Assembly (NCBI GenBank): GCA_018651605.1
Contig: JABIDS010000010.1
Coordinates: 32,053-96,052, forward strand
Direction: 5' to 3'
Source: an archaeon
GTDB lineage: Archaea > Nanobdellota > Nanobdellia > Pacearchaeales > GW2011-AR1
Length of the DNA: 64,000 nt
Part shown: positions 43,960 to 52,838 of the stretch, piece after piece
Numbering within the stretch: position 1 is the first letter of the stretch
Layout of the letters: every line of letters begins with the position of its first letter
Notes under the pieces: model-generated
Databases searched by the model: none
What the model saw: the letters and a program-made list of their open reading frames with translations, nothing else
Told to the model about the DNA's origin: nothing
Made by a program: the position numbers and the translations under genes

Positions 43960-45180
43960 TCAACCCCTCAACGCATCAACAGGTCTCAATTTACTTGCCT
44001 GTACAGAAGGAACTAAACCTGAAAAAATTCCAATTAAAAATGAAAACATAATAGCAGAAAAAACCAAAGCATAATTAATTTCAACAGCAATTATCTTTAA
44101 ACCCAAAGCACTATTAGCAGCAGAAGCTGCACCAAAAGATAAACCAACTCCAATCAAAACCCCCACAATCCCTCCAACCAAACCTAACAAACCAGATTCA
44201 ATTAAAAACAACATCAAGACATCAGAGTTCTTAGCACCAATAGCCTTCATCGTCCCAATCTCCTTCTTTCTCTCCAAAACAGAAGTATACATAGTATTAG
44301 CAATCCCAATTCCTCCAACAAGTAAAGATATCAATGCAATACCTACAACAACAACATTAACAGAATTAATAATGTCTGTAACAGCACCAACAGCTTCCAA
44401 AGGCGTCTCAACAGCAAAATCATCATCATCATCTTCGCCAATATTCCTATCACTTCTAAACGCTTTTTCAATTCTTTCTGCAACTTCTCTAATCTCTTTA
44501 GGCTCTTCAACTTGTGCAACAATCAAATCATATTCATCATCAAGATCCAATATATTTTTCAAATCATCCTCCATCAACAAAACAATTCCATTAACCTGAA
44601 AATTCCCACTCTTTTTCAAAATCCCAACAACCTCAAATTCCTGCCCCTGAATCTTAATACTTTTACCAACCTTAACCTCTTTATCAAATACAGATTTCTT
44701 AACCAAATCCTTTCCTAAAACAACCTTCCCAGAATCACCAGAATAAATAAGTCTCCCCTCCCCTGTCTTCAAACCCATTGCCTCATAAGCCAAATCCGCC
44801 TTCTCCTTTTCCTTAAGAATACTCGTAGCAAAAGTAAATTTAGCAGCATCATTATATTCTAATTTAACCATTCTCAACAACCTAGGAATAACCATATCAA
44901 CACCTGCAACATCTTCAATCAAATCCAAATCATGTTCATTTAATTTATCAACAACAGTACTTCCAGGAGGTCCCATTCCAGTACCAGCATTTTGAATAGT
45001 TAATTTATCCGTAGATAAAGTAGCAAATTGCGCAGTTACCGCACTCTGCAAACCCTGCCCCAAGGAAATCAAAGAAACAACTGCAGCAATTCCAATAAAA
45101 ATCCCAATCATCGTCAACCACGAACGAAGCTTCCGTCTACGCAAATTATTAAACCCAATTCTAAAATAATCTTTTATCAT
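43960..45180 (-). CDS. ABC transporter permease, FtsX/MacB type
   Basis: It has NLRRRKLRSWLTMIGIFIGIAAVV, then GIANTMYTSVLERKKEIGTMKAIGA and an RPVDALRG ending. Confidence 0.8.
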   Translation of the reverse strand: MIKDYFRIGFNNLRRRKLRSWLTMIGIFIGIAAVVSLISLGQGLQSAVTAQFATLSTDKLTIQNAGTGMGPPGSTVVDKLNEHDLDLIEDVAGVDMVIPRLLRMVKLEYNDAAKFTFATSILKEKEKADLAYEAMGLKTGEGRLIYSGDSGKVVLGKDLVKKSVFDKEVKVGKSIKIQGQEFEVVGILKKSGNFQVNGIVLLMEDDLKNILDLDDEYDLIVAQVEEPKEIREVAERIEKAFRSDRNIGEDDDDDFAVETPLEAVGAVTDIINSVNVVVVGIALISLLVGGIGIANTMYTSVLERKKEIGTMKAIGAKNSDVLMLFLIESGLLGLVGGIVGVLIGVGLSFGAASAANSALGLKIIAVEINYALVFSAIMFSFLIGIFSGLVPSVQASKLRPVDALRG

Positions 45181-45235
45181 CTTTTTACAAGATAATACGT
45201 AAAATAGACTTTATATTTTTAATTGAAAAGAATAA

Positions 45236-45940
45236 CTACCTAACAAACTTCCCATCCTTCAACTTATAAATCTTATCAGCATGCTTTGCAACATACATAT
45301 CATGAGTTACCAAAATAATTGTCTTACCCTCATCACTTAATTTATTAAACATTTGAGCAACTTCTTCTCCCCTCTTAGTATCTAAATTTCCAGTTGGCTC
45401 ATCAGCCAAAATAACTTCAGGATTATTAGCAAGCGCACGAGCAACAGCAACCCTTTGCCTCTCCCCTCCAGACAACATATTGGGTAAATGCGTTAACCTA
45501 TGACTCAAATCAACCTTCCCTAACAATTCTTTTGCCCTCTCAACTCTATCCTCATAAGGAACTCTTTGAAAAACCATTGGCAACATCACATTCTCCAAAG
45601 CAGTCAAAGTAGGAATTAAATTAAAAGTTTGAAAAACAAAACCAATCTTACGCCCCCGAATCTGAGCCAAATCAGACTCATGTAATTTTTCAATATTAAT
45701 ACCATCTAAAAAAATATCTCCCTTTGTTGCAATATCCAAAGCACCAACCATATTCATTGCAGTCGACTTCCCACTCCCCGAAGGACCAACAATCGCAACA
45801 AACTCCCCCTTATGAATCACAATATCAATCCCATCCACAGCCTTAACAATCTCATCCCCAGCCTTATACCATTTAGCAACATTCTTCAATCTAATTATCT
45901 CGTCCTTTCTATCTACTTTTTTAGTTTTCTTCTTTTCCAT
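45236..45940 (-). CDS. ABC transporter ATP-binding protein (MacB/LolD-like)
   Basis: It has Walker A GPSGSGKST, the Q-loop, the signature LSGGERQRVAVARAL, Walker B ILADEPTGNLD and the H-loop VTHD. Confidence 0.9.
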   Translation of the reverse strand: MEKKKTKKVDRKDEIIRLKNVAKWYKAGDEIVKAVDGIDIVIHKGEFVAIVGPSGSGKSTAMNMVGALDIATKGDIFLDGINIEKLHESDLAQIRGRKIGFVFQTFNLIPTLTALENVMLPMVFQRVPYEDRVERAKELLGKVDLSHRLTHLPNMLSGGERQRVAVARALANNPEVILADEPTGNLDTKRGEEVAQMFNKLSDEGKTIILVTHDMYVAKHADKIYKLKDGKFVR

Positions 45941-45980
45941 TTTAATATATCTCCAATATACTATAAAAATTTATGTCTTC

Positions 45981-47192
45981 TCACTCATATCTAAGCGCAT
46001 CCACTGGTTTCAATCTACTAGCTTGCAAAGCAGGCAAAATTCCTGACAAAGTCCCAATTACAAATGAAAATATCAACGCTCCAACAAGTATAACAGGATC
46101 CATACTCGCCTGAAGCAAAGGAGTTCCAATATATAATCCTGCAAGATATTCAGCGCTCTTGGCTAATCCAACCCCAATCGCAACACCAATCAAACCACCA
46201 ACCAAACCTAACAAACCAGACTCAATTAAAAATAACAACAAAATCTGAGAATTCCTTGCACCAATCGCCTTCATAGTCCCAATCTCTTTAGTTCGTTCTA
46301 CAACTGAAGTATACATAGTATTCATAATTCCAATTCCTCCAACCAACAACGAAATAGCTGCAATCCCAACTAAAACTCCTTGAACAACCGCAAAAATATT
46401 TTGAAAAGTATTCAACAATTGTTCAGAAGTCTGAACATTAAAAGTCTCTTGCTTCTCCCGCTCACCACGAGATTTCCTCAATTTTCTTTCAATAGTATCT
46501 GCAACTTCTTCAGTATCAAAACCAGGAGCTGTCTTAACCATTATCTGACTCTCTTCATCTTCAACACTTAAAATATCTTTCAACACATCCTTATCAACAT
46601 GAAGCAAACCATCATCAATAGGATTTCCAATTTTTCCCATAACTCCAACAATCTTAAACTCATGCCCTTCAATTTTAATCTTACTACCAATTCTCAAAGG
46701 TTTATCCCAAATATCTTTGTGAATATGATTATAGCCCACAACAACCTTAAACTTATCCCCTTTTTTTAAATTCCTTCCTTCAATGATTCCCCATCCTTGA
46801 AGCTCATTCAAGGTTTTTCTATCTTCCGGAGTTAATCCAGACGCAAAACCAATCCCAACTTCATCACCAACACTTGCTTGCCCTTGTTTAAGCAACATTC
46901 CAACTGCCCATTCAACACCCCGAACATTTTTAATAACTCTTAAATCCTTGCTTGTTAAAATCAAACTACCTCCTGCACTTCCAGGAGGACCCATACCTTT
47001 TGGTTGAATAATAATTTTATCACTTCCCAATTTTTCAAATTCATCACTAATGTAATTTTGCAACCCCTGCCCCAAAGACATCAAAGCAACAACAGCCGCA
47101 ATTCCAATAAAAATCCCAATCATTGTCAACCATGACCGAAGCTTCCGCCTCTTAAGATTGTTCAAACCCAATACAAAGAAGTCACGTAACAT
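45981..47192 (-). CDS. ABC transporter permease, FtsX/MacB type
   Basis: Its architecture and motifs (GIMNTMYTSVVERTKEIGTMKAIGA, LKPVDALRYE) match those of 43960-45180 and 31452-32666. Confidence 0.8.
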   Translation of the reverse strand: MLRDFFVLGLNNLKRRKLRSWLTMIGIFIGIAAVVALMSLGQGLQNYISDEFEKLGSDKIIIQPKGMGPPGSAGGSLILTSKDLRVIKNVRGVEWAVGMLLKQGQASVGDEVGIGFASGLTPEDRKTLNELQGWGIIEGRNLKKGDKFKVVVGYNHIHKDIWDKPLRIGSKIKIEGHEFKIVGVMGKIGNPIDDGLLHVDKDVLKDILSVEDEESQIMVKTAPGFDTEEVADTIERKLRKSRGEREKQETFNVQTSEQLLNTFQNIFAVVQGVLVGIAAISLLVGGIGIMNTMYTSVVERTKEIGTMKAIGARNSQILLLFLIESGLLGLVGGLIGVAIGVGLAKSAEYLAGLYIGTPLLQASMDPVILVGALIFSFVIGTLSGILPALQASRLKPVDALRYE

Positions 47193-47200
47193 TTTAACCC

Positions 47201-48079
47201 CTAAAAATCATCATCCTCAACTTTCAACTTTTTCCTTTTCTTAAATTTTTTATAACCAAAATAAACCACAACTAAAACAACAATTAAACCAAAATAAAAA
47301 CCAACTCGACTCTTTTCAATCAAACCCAATTTAATCGCTTCATCCCGACTATAAACACTAACTGCAACATTAAAATCCTCACTATAAACTTCATTAATTC
47401 CATCCTTGTAAATCACACGAATAGGCAAATTAATTTTCTCCTTAGCATCCTCATCAAAATAAATCTTAAATTTCACAGCATCAAAATCATCACTATCAAT
47501 ATCTCCAATATAAAAATTCTTAGAACCAAAAATATCAAAACCACTAGAATCCCTAATCTCAACTTCCACAAACTTCGCATCACTCAAACCCTTATTAGTA
47601 ACCTCTACCAAAACCTCATTCTCCTTATTCTTCAACAATAATTTATCCTCAACACTCACACCAATAACAGGCTCAGAATTAACAGTAATACTTATCAAAG
47701 AATTCTTAACCTTCTCAACATCTTCCTCAAGATAATTAATCACAATAGGAATTTTATAAATTCCAGACTCTGCATCAGTTAATGCAATCACCCTGAAAAT
47801 CGCACTATCATCATCGTCCTCATCCAAATCACCAATATCATAATCACTTGCAGAATTATGAGGTGCAAAAGGAACATTCGCAAAATCCAAACTCACACTA
47901 ACATCTTCCAAATCATTTTCACCATTATTTTCAATCTCAATTTTAATTGTAGCACTATCTCCAGGAGCAACCTCATCAGGAGTCATAGAAACAGAATCTA
48001 TAATTAAAGCAGAACTCAAATTAATAAGACTAACTAAAACCAAAATTCCAAAGATTAAACTTAACATTTTTTTATCCAT
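47201..48079 (-). CDS. Secreted, C-terminally anchored Ig-like/CARDB-like surface protein (COG1361-like)
   Basis: It has a signal peptide, the motif YIGDIDSDDFDAVKFKIYF and a C-terminal TM plus KKFKKRKK tail. It is a paralog of 30531-31415. Confidence 0.6.
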   Translation of the reverse strand: MDKKMLSLIFGILVLVSLINLSSALIIDSVSMTPDEVAPGDSATIKIEIENNGENDLEDVSVSLDFANVPFAPHNSASDYDIGDLDEDDDDSAIFRVIALTDAESGIYKIPIVINYLEEDVEKVKNSLISITVNSEPVIGVSVEDKLLLKNKENEVLVEVTNKGLSDAKFVEVEIRDSSGFDIFGSKNFYIGDIDSDDFDAVKFKIYFDEDAKEKINLPIRVIYKDGINEVYSEDFNVAVSVYSRDEAIKLGLIEKSRVGFYFGLIVVLVVVYFGYKKFKKRKKLKVEDDDF

Positions 48080-48500
48080 TTTTTTGTATCCTCACCATTA
48101 AATCTATGCACTCTCCTTGAACCTCATCCAATTCTTGTTCTAATGATTTTTTTAATTCCTCCATACCCCGATAGTACATAGTTTCCTGAGCTTTAATACG
48201 ACACTCTAACATGCATAATTTATACGCATCTTCAAATGTTTTAATTTTATGTTTCCTTTGAAAATTTTCAATATAACTATTCTCAGGGCGATATAATGTA
48301 GAAATCTTTCTAATTTCAAAAGAAAAAAAAGGACCCTTCAGAGTAGACAACCTATTTTGATTCTGTCTTGATACATTAGATTTTCTAGAATTATCTTTCA
48401 AAGGATTTTTCAACTCAAAATGGCCTTGCAATGTGTTTGAACGACTATACATATTTTTCATTTTAATCAACATCTCAGAAAATCTGAGGCAACACCTCAA
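48072..48500 (-). CDS. Hypothetical protein (start uncertain)
   Basis: This is an ORF only, with several candidate Met starts. It overlaps the downstream gene start by 8 nt. Confidence 0.3.
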   Translation of the reverse strand: MRCCLRFSEMLIKMKNMYSRSNTLQGHFELKNPLKDNSRKSNVSRQNQNRLSTLKGPFFSFEIRKISTLYRPENSYIENFQRKHKIKTFEDAYKLCMLECRIKAQETMYYRGMEELKKSLEQELDEVQGECIDLMVRIQKNG

Positions 48501-48566
48501 TTAACTCAAAAGAATTCTCTTTAAAAGCATTATGTAACAGAAATCACTATATTTGAGAACATATTT

Positions 48567-49517
48567 CTAAACCAACCCCTTCATCAACCTCTCAATCTCC
48601 TCAAAAGATTTAACCTTATTCAACTCCCTTCTCAACTCCACACTCCCCTTCAAACCCTTTGTAAACTCCTGTGCCTTCAACTTTGCATCAACAACAGAGA
48701 ATATTCCAAATTTCTTACACAACTTAATATAATTAAAATAATCTTCAACCTTCTCACTAGAAGATTGCTCAATCATCTTTTCTTTATCCAAAAACATCTT
48801 CACAGACTTAAACACAAAAGGATTTCCAATAGCACCCCTACCAATCATAACATAATCACAACCAGTTTCATCAATCATCCTCTTAGCATTCTCTCCATTC
48901 CAAACATCACCATTTCCAATAACTGGAATCTTAACAGCCTCCTTAACTTCTTTAATCACATTCCAATCAGCTTTACCACTATAACCTTGCTCAACACTTC
49001 GAGCATGAACAATAACTGCAGAAGCTCCACTGGACTCACAAATCTTCGCAATCTCAACAGCTCGATTACGACCATCAATACCACTTCTTATTTTAACTGT
49101 AACAGGAATCTTCACTACATCAACTAATGCCTTAACAATTTCTCCAACCTTCCCAGGCCTTCTTAACAATGCCCCACCCGAACCCTGCCCCATTATTTTC
49201 TTAGAAGGACAACCTAAATTAAAATCAATCAGATCAAAACCTTGTGATTCCAAAAATTTCCCAGCCTTAACAACATTCTCAATCTTTTGCCCAAAAATCT
49301 GCCCAACAACAGGCTTCTCACTTTTATCATTCAAAGCCAATTTCTCCACAGCACTATTTCCACGAGCCAAAGCATTAGCACTCAAAAGTTCTGTACTAAC
49401 CATAGAAGCCCCATATTTCTTACACAAAACTCTAAACGCAACATTAGTTATATTATGCATCGGAGCCAAAACAACTCGCGATTTCAACTTAGGAAATTTT
49501 TTTCTAACCATAAACAT
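48567..49517 (-). CDS. dus: tRNA-dihydrouridine synthase
   Basis: VVLAPMHNITNVAFRVLC...DFNLGCP...VTVKIRSG...VHARS...GNGD is the Dus TIM-barrel signature. Confidence 0.85.
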   Translation of the reverse strand: MFMVRKKFPKLKSRVVLAPMHNITNVAFRVLCKKYGASMVSTELLSANALARGNSAVEKLALNDKSEKPVVGQIFGQKIENVVKAGKFLESQGFDLIDFNLGCPSKKIMGQGSGGALLRRPGKVGEIVKALVDVVKIPVTVKIRSGIDGRNRAVEIAKICESSGASAVIVHARSVEQGYSGKADWNVIKEVKEAVKIPVIGNGDVWNGENAKRMIDETGCDYVMIGRGAIGNPFVFKSVKMFLDKEKMIEQSSSEKVEDYFNYIKLCKKFGIFSVVDAKLKAQEFTKGLKGSVELRRELNKVKSFEEIERLMKGLV

Positions 49518-49544
49518 TTATATAATTACTCCCTTAATAACTTT

Positions 49545-49808
49545 ATGAAACAACCAAAACTATCAAAACAAGAAGCAGAACAACAAATTCAAGAAACCTT
49601 CAACAACAATCCAACACCAAAACAAATCAAAAAAGCAAAAAGATTAGCCATGTCTAAAAATATCCAACTCAAACATTACAGAAAAAAATTCTGTAAAAAA
49701 TGCCTTACATTATTCAAACCCAACAACCATCAAATAAGAATAAAAAAACCACATAAAATAATCAAATGTAAAACTTGCAAACATATTTCAAGATACAAAT
49801 TAACCTAA
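49545..49808 (+). CDS. rnp4: RNase P protein component 4 (Rpp21/Rpr2 family)
   Basis: I use the ATG at 49545. AKRLAMSKNIQLKHYRKKFCKKCLTLFKPNNHQIRIKK.HKIIKCKTCKHISRY has the zinc ribbon typical of Rpp21. The upstream part of the ORF-track ORF is antisense to dus. Confidence 0.7.
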   Translation: MKQPKLSKQEAEQQIQETFNNNPTPKQIKKAKRLAMSKNIQLKHYRKKFCKKCLTLFKPNNHQIRIKKPHKIIKCKTCKHISRYKLT

Positions 49809-50273
49809 TCTCTCAATAACATCACTACTAGAATAACCTTCAACCAAATCCAAACAAATCATCTTTCCGCCATAACTTTCAACAAATTCTTTCTCAGCCC
49901 TAATCCTTTCACCAATTCCAGCCCCACCCTTAACAAAAAAATCCGGCTTCAACTCATCCAACAATTTCAAAGGATTATCTTCTTCAAAGATAACAACATA
50001 ATCAACCCCCTTAATTCCAGAAACAACAAACGCCCTATCCTCCTCATTATTGATAGGTCTACCTTCTCCCTTAAACTTCTTAACCGAAGAATCAGAATTC
50101 AACGCAACAATAAAAACATCTCCAAATTCAGACATCTTCCTCAAAATATCTATATGCCCTCGATGAATCACATCATAACATCCATTGGTCATAACAACCT
50201 TTTTTCCAATAGAACGCGCCCTCAAAACAATCCATTTCAATTCATTCAATTCTTTTAAGACCATAAAAAACAA
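49800..50273 (-). CDS. Cytidylyltransferase-family nucleotidyltransferase (RfaE domain II-like)
   Basis: VVMTNGCYDVIHRGHIDILRKM...VALNSDSSVKKFKGEGRPI matches the HxGH nucleotidyltransferase pattern. Confidence 0.75.
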   Translation of the reverse strand: MFFMVLKELNELKWIVLRARSIGKKVVMTNGCYDVIHRGHIDILRKMSEFGDVFIVALNSDSSVKKFKGEGRPINNEEDRAFVVSGIKGVDYVVIFEEDNPLKLLDELKPDFFVKGGAGIGERIRAEKEFVESYGGKMICLDLVEGYSSSDVIERLG

Positions 50274-50346
50274 ACAAACAAACCATTTATTAAGATTATG
50301 TAATTAAAATCCTCAAAAGAAAGTTTTGAACGAGTTAAAAAATTCA

Positions 50347-50544
50347 TCAGAATTTTTTAAATTTATTAATCAACTCTAAATTATCAACTTGCCCTAAGAA
50401 CATAGCCCTGCAACAATACCTATCAACACCTAAACTATCAAGAACCTTTCCACCTTCTTCACCTTTCTCAGTTCTTTCCTTAAATTCTTCCCACAGGTGC
50501 CCAATTGGCTTCCCACAACTTATACATCTTATTGGTATTATCAT
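50347..50544 (-). CDS. rpoN: DNA-directed RNA polymerase subunit N (Rpo10)
   Basis: I use the ATG at 50544. MIIPIRCISCGKPIGHLWEEF...LGVDRYCCRAMFL is the RpoN zinc-bundle signature. Confidence 0.85.
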   Translation of the reverse strand: MIIPIRCISCGKPIGHLWEEFKERTEKGEEGGKVLDSLGVDRYCCRAMFLGQVDNLELINKFKKF

Positions 50545-50584
50545 TTTTCTATTTTTATCCTTTTCTCCTAAAAGAAAATAGGTA

Positions 50585-50698
<114 letters not shown>

Positions 50699-50804
50699 AA
50701 TTATACCTAAAAACAACCCTTTATAAAACTTTTTATCAACTAAAATTCCTAAATTTTAATCCTAACAAGATTTTTATACCCTTAATTACTAAAAAAACCA
50801 TAAT

Positions 50805-50888
50805 GCAGGGGTTCCTGAGTGGTCAAAAGGGCAGGACTCAAGATCCTGTGGTTTAGTACCTTCGCAAGTTCGAATCTTGTCCCCTGCA
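50805..50888 (+). tRNA. tRNA-Leu (anticodon CAA)
   Basis: The fold has acceptor GCAGGGG/CCCCTGC plus A, anticodon stem CAGGA/TCCTG with loop CTCAAGA, a long variable arm and T loop TTCGAAT. Confidence 0.9.
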
Positions 50889-50917
50889 TTTTTATCCTAA
50901 GGAAATTATTCTTAACC

Positions 50918-51202
50918 TCAACTAACCAAACTAAAAACACCCTTTTGCAACAAAAACAAACAAACAATTATCACAATTATATTCGGCAAATCAGCTCCGC
51001 CCCCGCTAGACAAAAGAACCAACCCAATAATAATATCCAAAAAACTCATAAGACTAAAACCACTAATAAAAACAATCCCTTTAATCAATAAAATAATTCC
51101 CAACAACAAAACAATCTCACTACTTCCAAAACCCAAAATTCCAAATAACCAAAACAACAATCCTGTCAATATATCAATTACACCCAAAATTTTTATAATC
51201 AT
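50918..51202 (-). CDS. Small hypothetical membrane protein (94 aa)
   Basis: It has three hydrophobic segments. The ORF fills the gap between tRNA genes. Confidence 0.4.
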   Translation of the reverse strand: MIIKILGVIDILTGLLFWLFGILGFGSSEIVLLLGIILLIKGIVFISGFSLMSFLDIIIGLVLLSSGGGADLPNIIVIIVCLFLLQKGVFSLVS

Positions 51203-51241
51203 ACATTTTTTAAACCCTATCTCATTTAAAAATTTAACTAA

Positions 51242-51316
51242 GCGCTCGTAGCTCAGCTGGATTAGAGCGATTCCCTCCTAAGGAATAGGTCGCAGGTTCA
51301 AGTCCTGCCGAGCGCG
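51242..51316 (+). tRNA. tRNA-Arg (anticodon CCU)
   Basis: The fold has acceptor GCGCTCG/CGAGCGC plus G, D arm GCTC-AGCTGGATTA-GAGC, anticodon stem ATTCC/GGAAT with loop CTCCTAA, and T arm GCAGG-TTCAAGT-CCTGC. Confidence 0.9.
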
Positions 51317-51358
51317 TTTCAATAAACTTTAAAAACACCTTAAAACTACTAGAATTAA

Positions 51359-51430
51359 GCGCTGGTGGTCTAGTGGTTATGATCTTTGGCTTCCAACCAA
51401 ATGACCCGGGTTCAATTCCCGGCCGGCGCA
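51359..51430 (+). tRNA. tRNA-Gly (anticodon UCC)
   Basis: The fold has acceptor GCGCTGG/CCGGCGC plus A, anticodon stem TTTGG/CCAAA with loop CTTCCAA, and T arm CCGGG-TTCAATT-CCCGG. Confidence 0.9.
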
Positions 51431-51497
51431 TAAAAAATGTGACGGACGGCACTAAGAATCTTTGATTCTTTCAGTCTGAAGGTTCGTGAGAATCGAA

Positions 51498-51536
51498 AAT
51501 TCAGAAATTAAAAATTTCTGAATTGGCCGGCGCATA
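51498..51536 (+). repeat. Perfect 12-bp hairpin followed by a direct repeat of the tRNA-Gly 3' end
   Basis: The hairpin AATTCAGAAATT-AAA-AATTTCTGAATT lies at 51498-51524. It is followed immediately by GGCCGGCGCATA (51525-51536), which is identical to 51421-51432. Confidence 0.6.
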
Positions 51537-51566
51537 TTCCAAATCTAAAAAAAAGACCAAAACAAA

Positions 51567-51713
51567 ATGCCAGCAAAACTTGATAGATGTGTAAAAGAAG
51601 TAGAAAAGAAAATAAAAAAACAGGAAATCAAAAAAACCTACAAGGAAAAAGGTAAACGAAAAAAAACAAATGCCTGGGCAATTTGCAAAGCAGCTCTTTC
51701 TAAAAAGAAATAA
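51567..51713 (+). CDS. Small basic hypothetical protein (48 aa)
   Basis: This ORF is below the ORF-track cutoff. The translation is MPAKLDRCVKEVEKKIKKQEIKKTYKEKGKRKKTNAWAICKAALSKKK. It fills the gap before secF. Confidence 0.3.
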   Translation: MPAKLDRCVKEVEKKIKKQEIKKTYKEKGKRKKTNAWAICKAALSKKK

Positions 51714-51758
51714 ACCCACTCCAAACTTTTAAAAACCCCTTTTCAATCAATTTATTAT

Positions 51759-52838
51759 ATGACAACAGAAACTGCAGAAAACATCGTAACAGAATTAAAA
51801 GAAAAAAAGTTTGCAAATTGGTACAACAAGAACTACAAACTATTACTTCTAATCCCATTAATATTAATAATTCTATCTCTAGCCCAATTAGCAATCTTCT
51901 ATCAACAGAATAATGACTTCATTTTAAAAGACGTTTCATTAACCGGAGGAATTTCAATAACAATTTTTCCAGAACAAGAAATAAATCTCAATGAATTAAG
52001 AACACACTTAGAAAAAACACAAGAAGATTTCGCAATAAGAGAACTTTCAGACTTTCGTTCAGGAAATCAAAAAGCAGTTGTCATTGAAAGCCCAATAGAA
52101 CCAGAAGAAGTAGGAACATTAAAATCAGAAATAACCGATTTTCTCAACTACGAACTAACAAACGAAAACTCAAGCATTGAATCAACAGGCTCAACATTAA
52201 GTCAATCATTCTACACACAATTACTTTACGCAATAATTTTATCTTTCTCTTTTATGTCATTAGTAGTTTTATTTATCTTTGGCTCAGGAAGAAAATTAAA
52301 ACTAACCTTAACAGCAATCATAATAATTCCTGCAATTTTATTTTTCGCAGGAAGACTTCCAATAAACCTAGCAATAATCTCAGGAATCCTAGCCCTATTA
52401 ATCAATCTAGGTTTCTATTTCAAATACAGCATTCCAAGCGCCGCAGTAGTCATTTCAGCATTCGCAGACATCCTAATGACATTAGCATTAGTAAACTTTT
52501 TAGAAATAAAACTATCAACAGCAGGAATCGTAGCATTCTTAATGCTTATTGGTTATTCAGTAGACTCAGACATAATGCTCACAACAAGGTTATTAAAAAG
52601 ACACGGAAATGTAAATAAAAATCTAGCAGGAGCATTCAAAACAGGAATAACAATGACCCTAACCTCAATAGTCGCAATAACAACAGCCCTAATAATAACA
52701 CAATCATTTTCATTAATCTTAAAACAAATATTTACAATATTATTAATCGGTTTAATATTTGACATTCCAAACACATGGATAACAAATGCATCAATATTAA
52801 AATGGTATATGGATTCCAAGGAAGGTAAAATTAAATGA
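51759..52838 (+). CDS. secF: Protein-export membrane protein SecF
   Basis: It has an N-terminal TM, then LTGGISITIF, then six C-terminal TM helices with GYSVDSDIMLTTR. It overlaps secD by 4 nt. Confidence 0.75.
   Translation: MTTETAENIVTELKEKKFANWYNKNYKLLLLIPLILIILSLAQLAIFYQQNNDFILKDVSLTGGISITIFPEQEINLNELRTHLEKTQEDFAIRELSDFRSGNQKAVVIESPIEPEEVGTLKSEITDFLNYELTNENSSIESTGSTLSQSFYTQLLYAIILSFSFMSLVVLFIFGSGRKLKLTLTAIIIIPAILFFAGRLPINLAIISGILALLINLGFYFKYSIPSAAVVISAFADILMTLALVNFLEIKLSTAGIVAFLMLIGYSVDSDIMLTTRLLKRHGNVNKNLAGAFKTGITMTLTSIVAITTALIITQSFSLILKQIFTILLIGLIFDIPNTWITNASILKWYMDSKEGKIK

Noticed and set aside
49287-49544. The N-terminal 86 aa of ORF 49287-49808.
   Set aside because: This part is antisense to dus and low-complexity. 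The Rpp21-like sequence begins at the internal ATG at 49545.
51501-51894. Minus-strand ORFs 51501-51719 and 51700-51894.
   Set aside because: They are antisense to the small basic ORF and the secF start, and their F/L-rich composition is an artefact.
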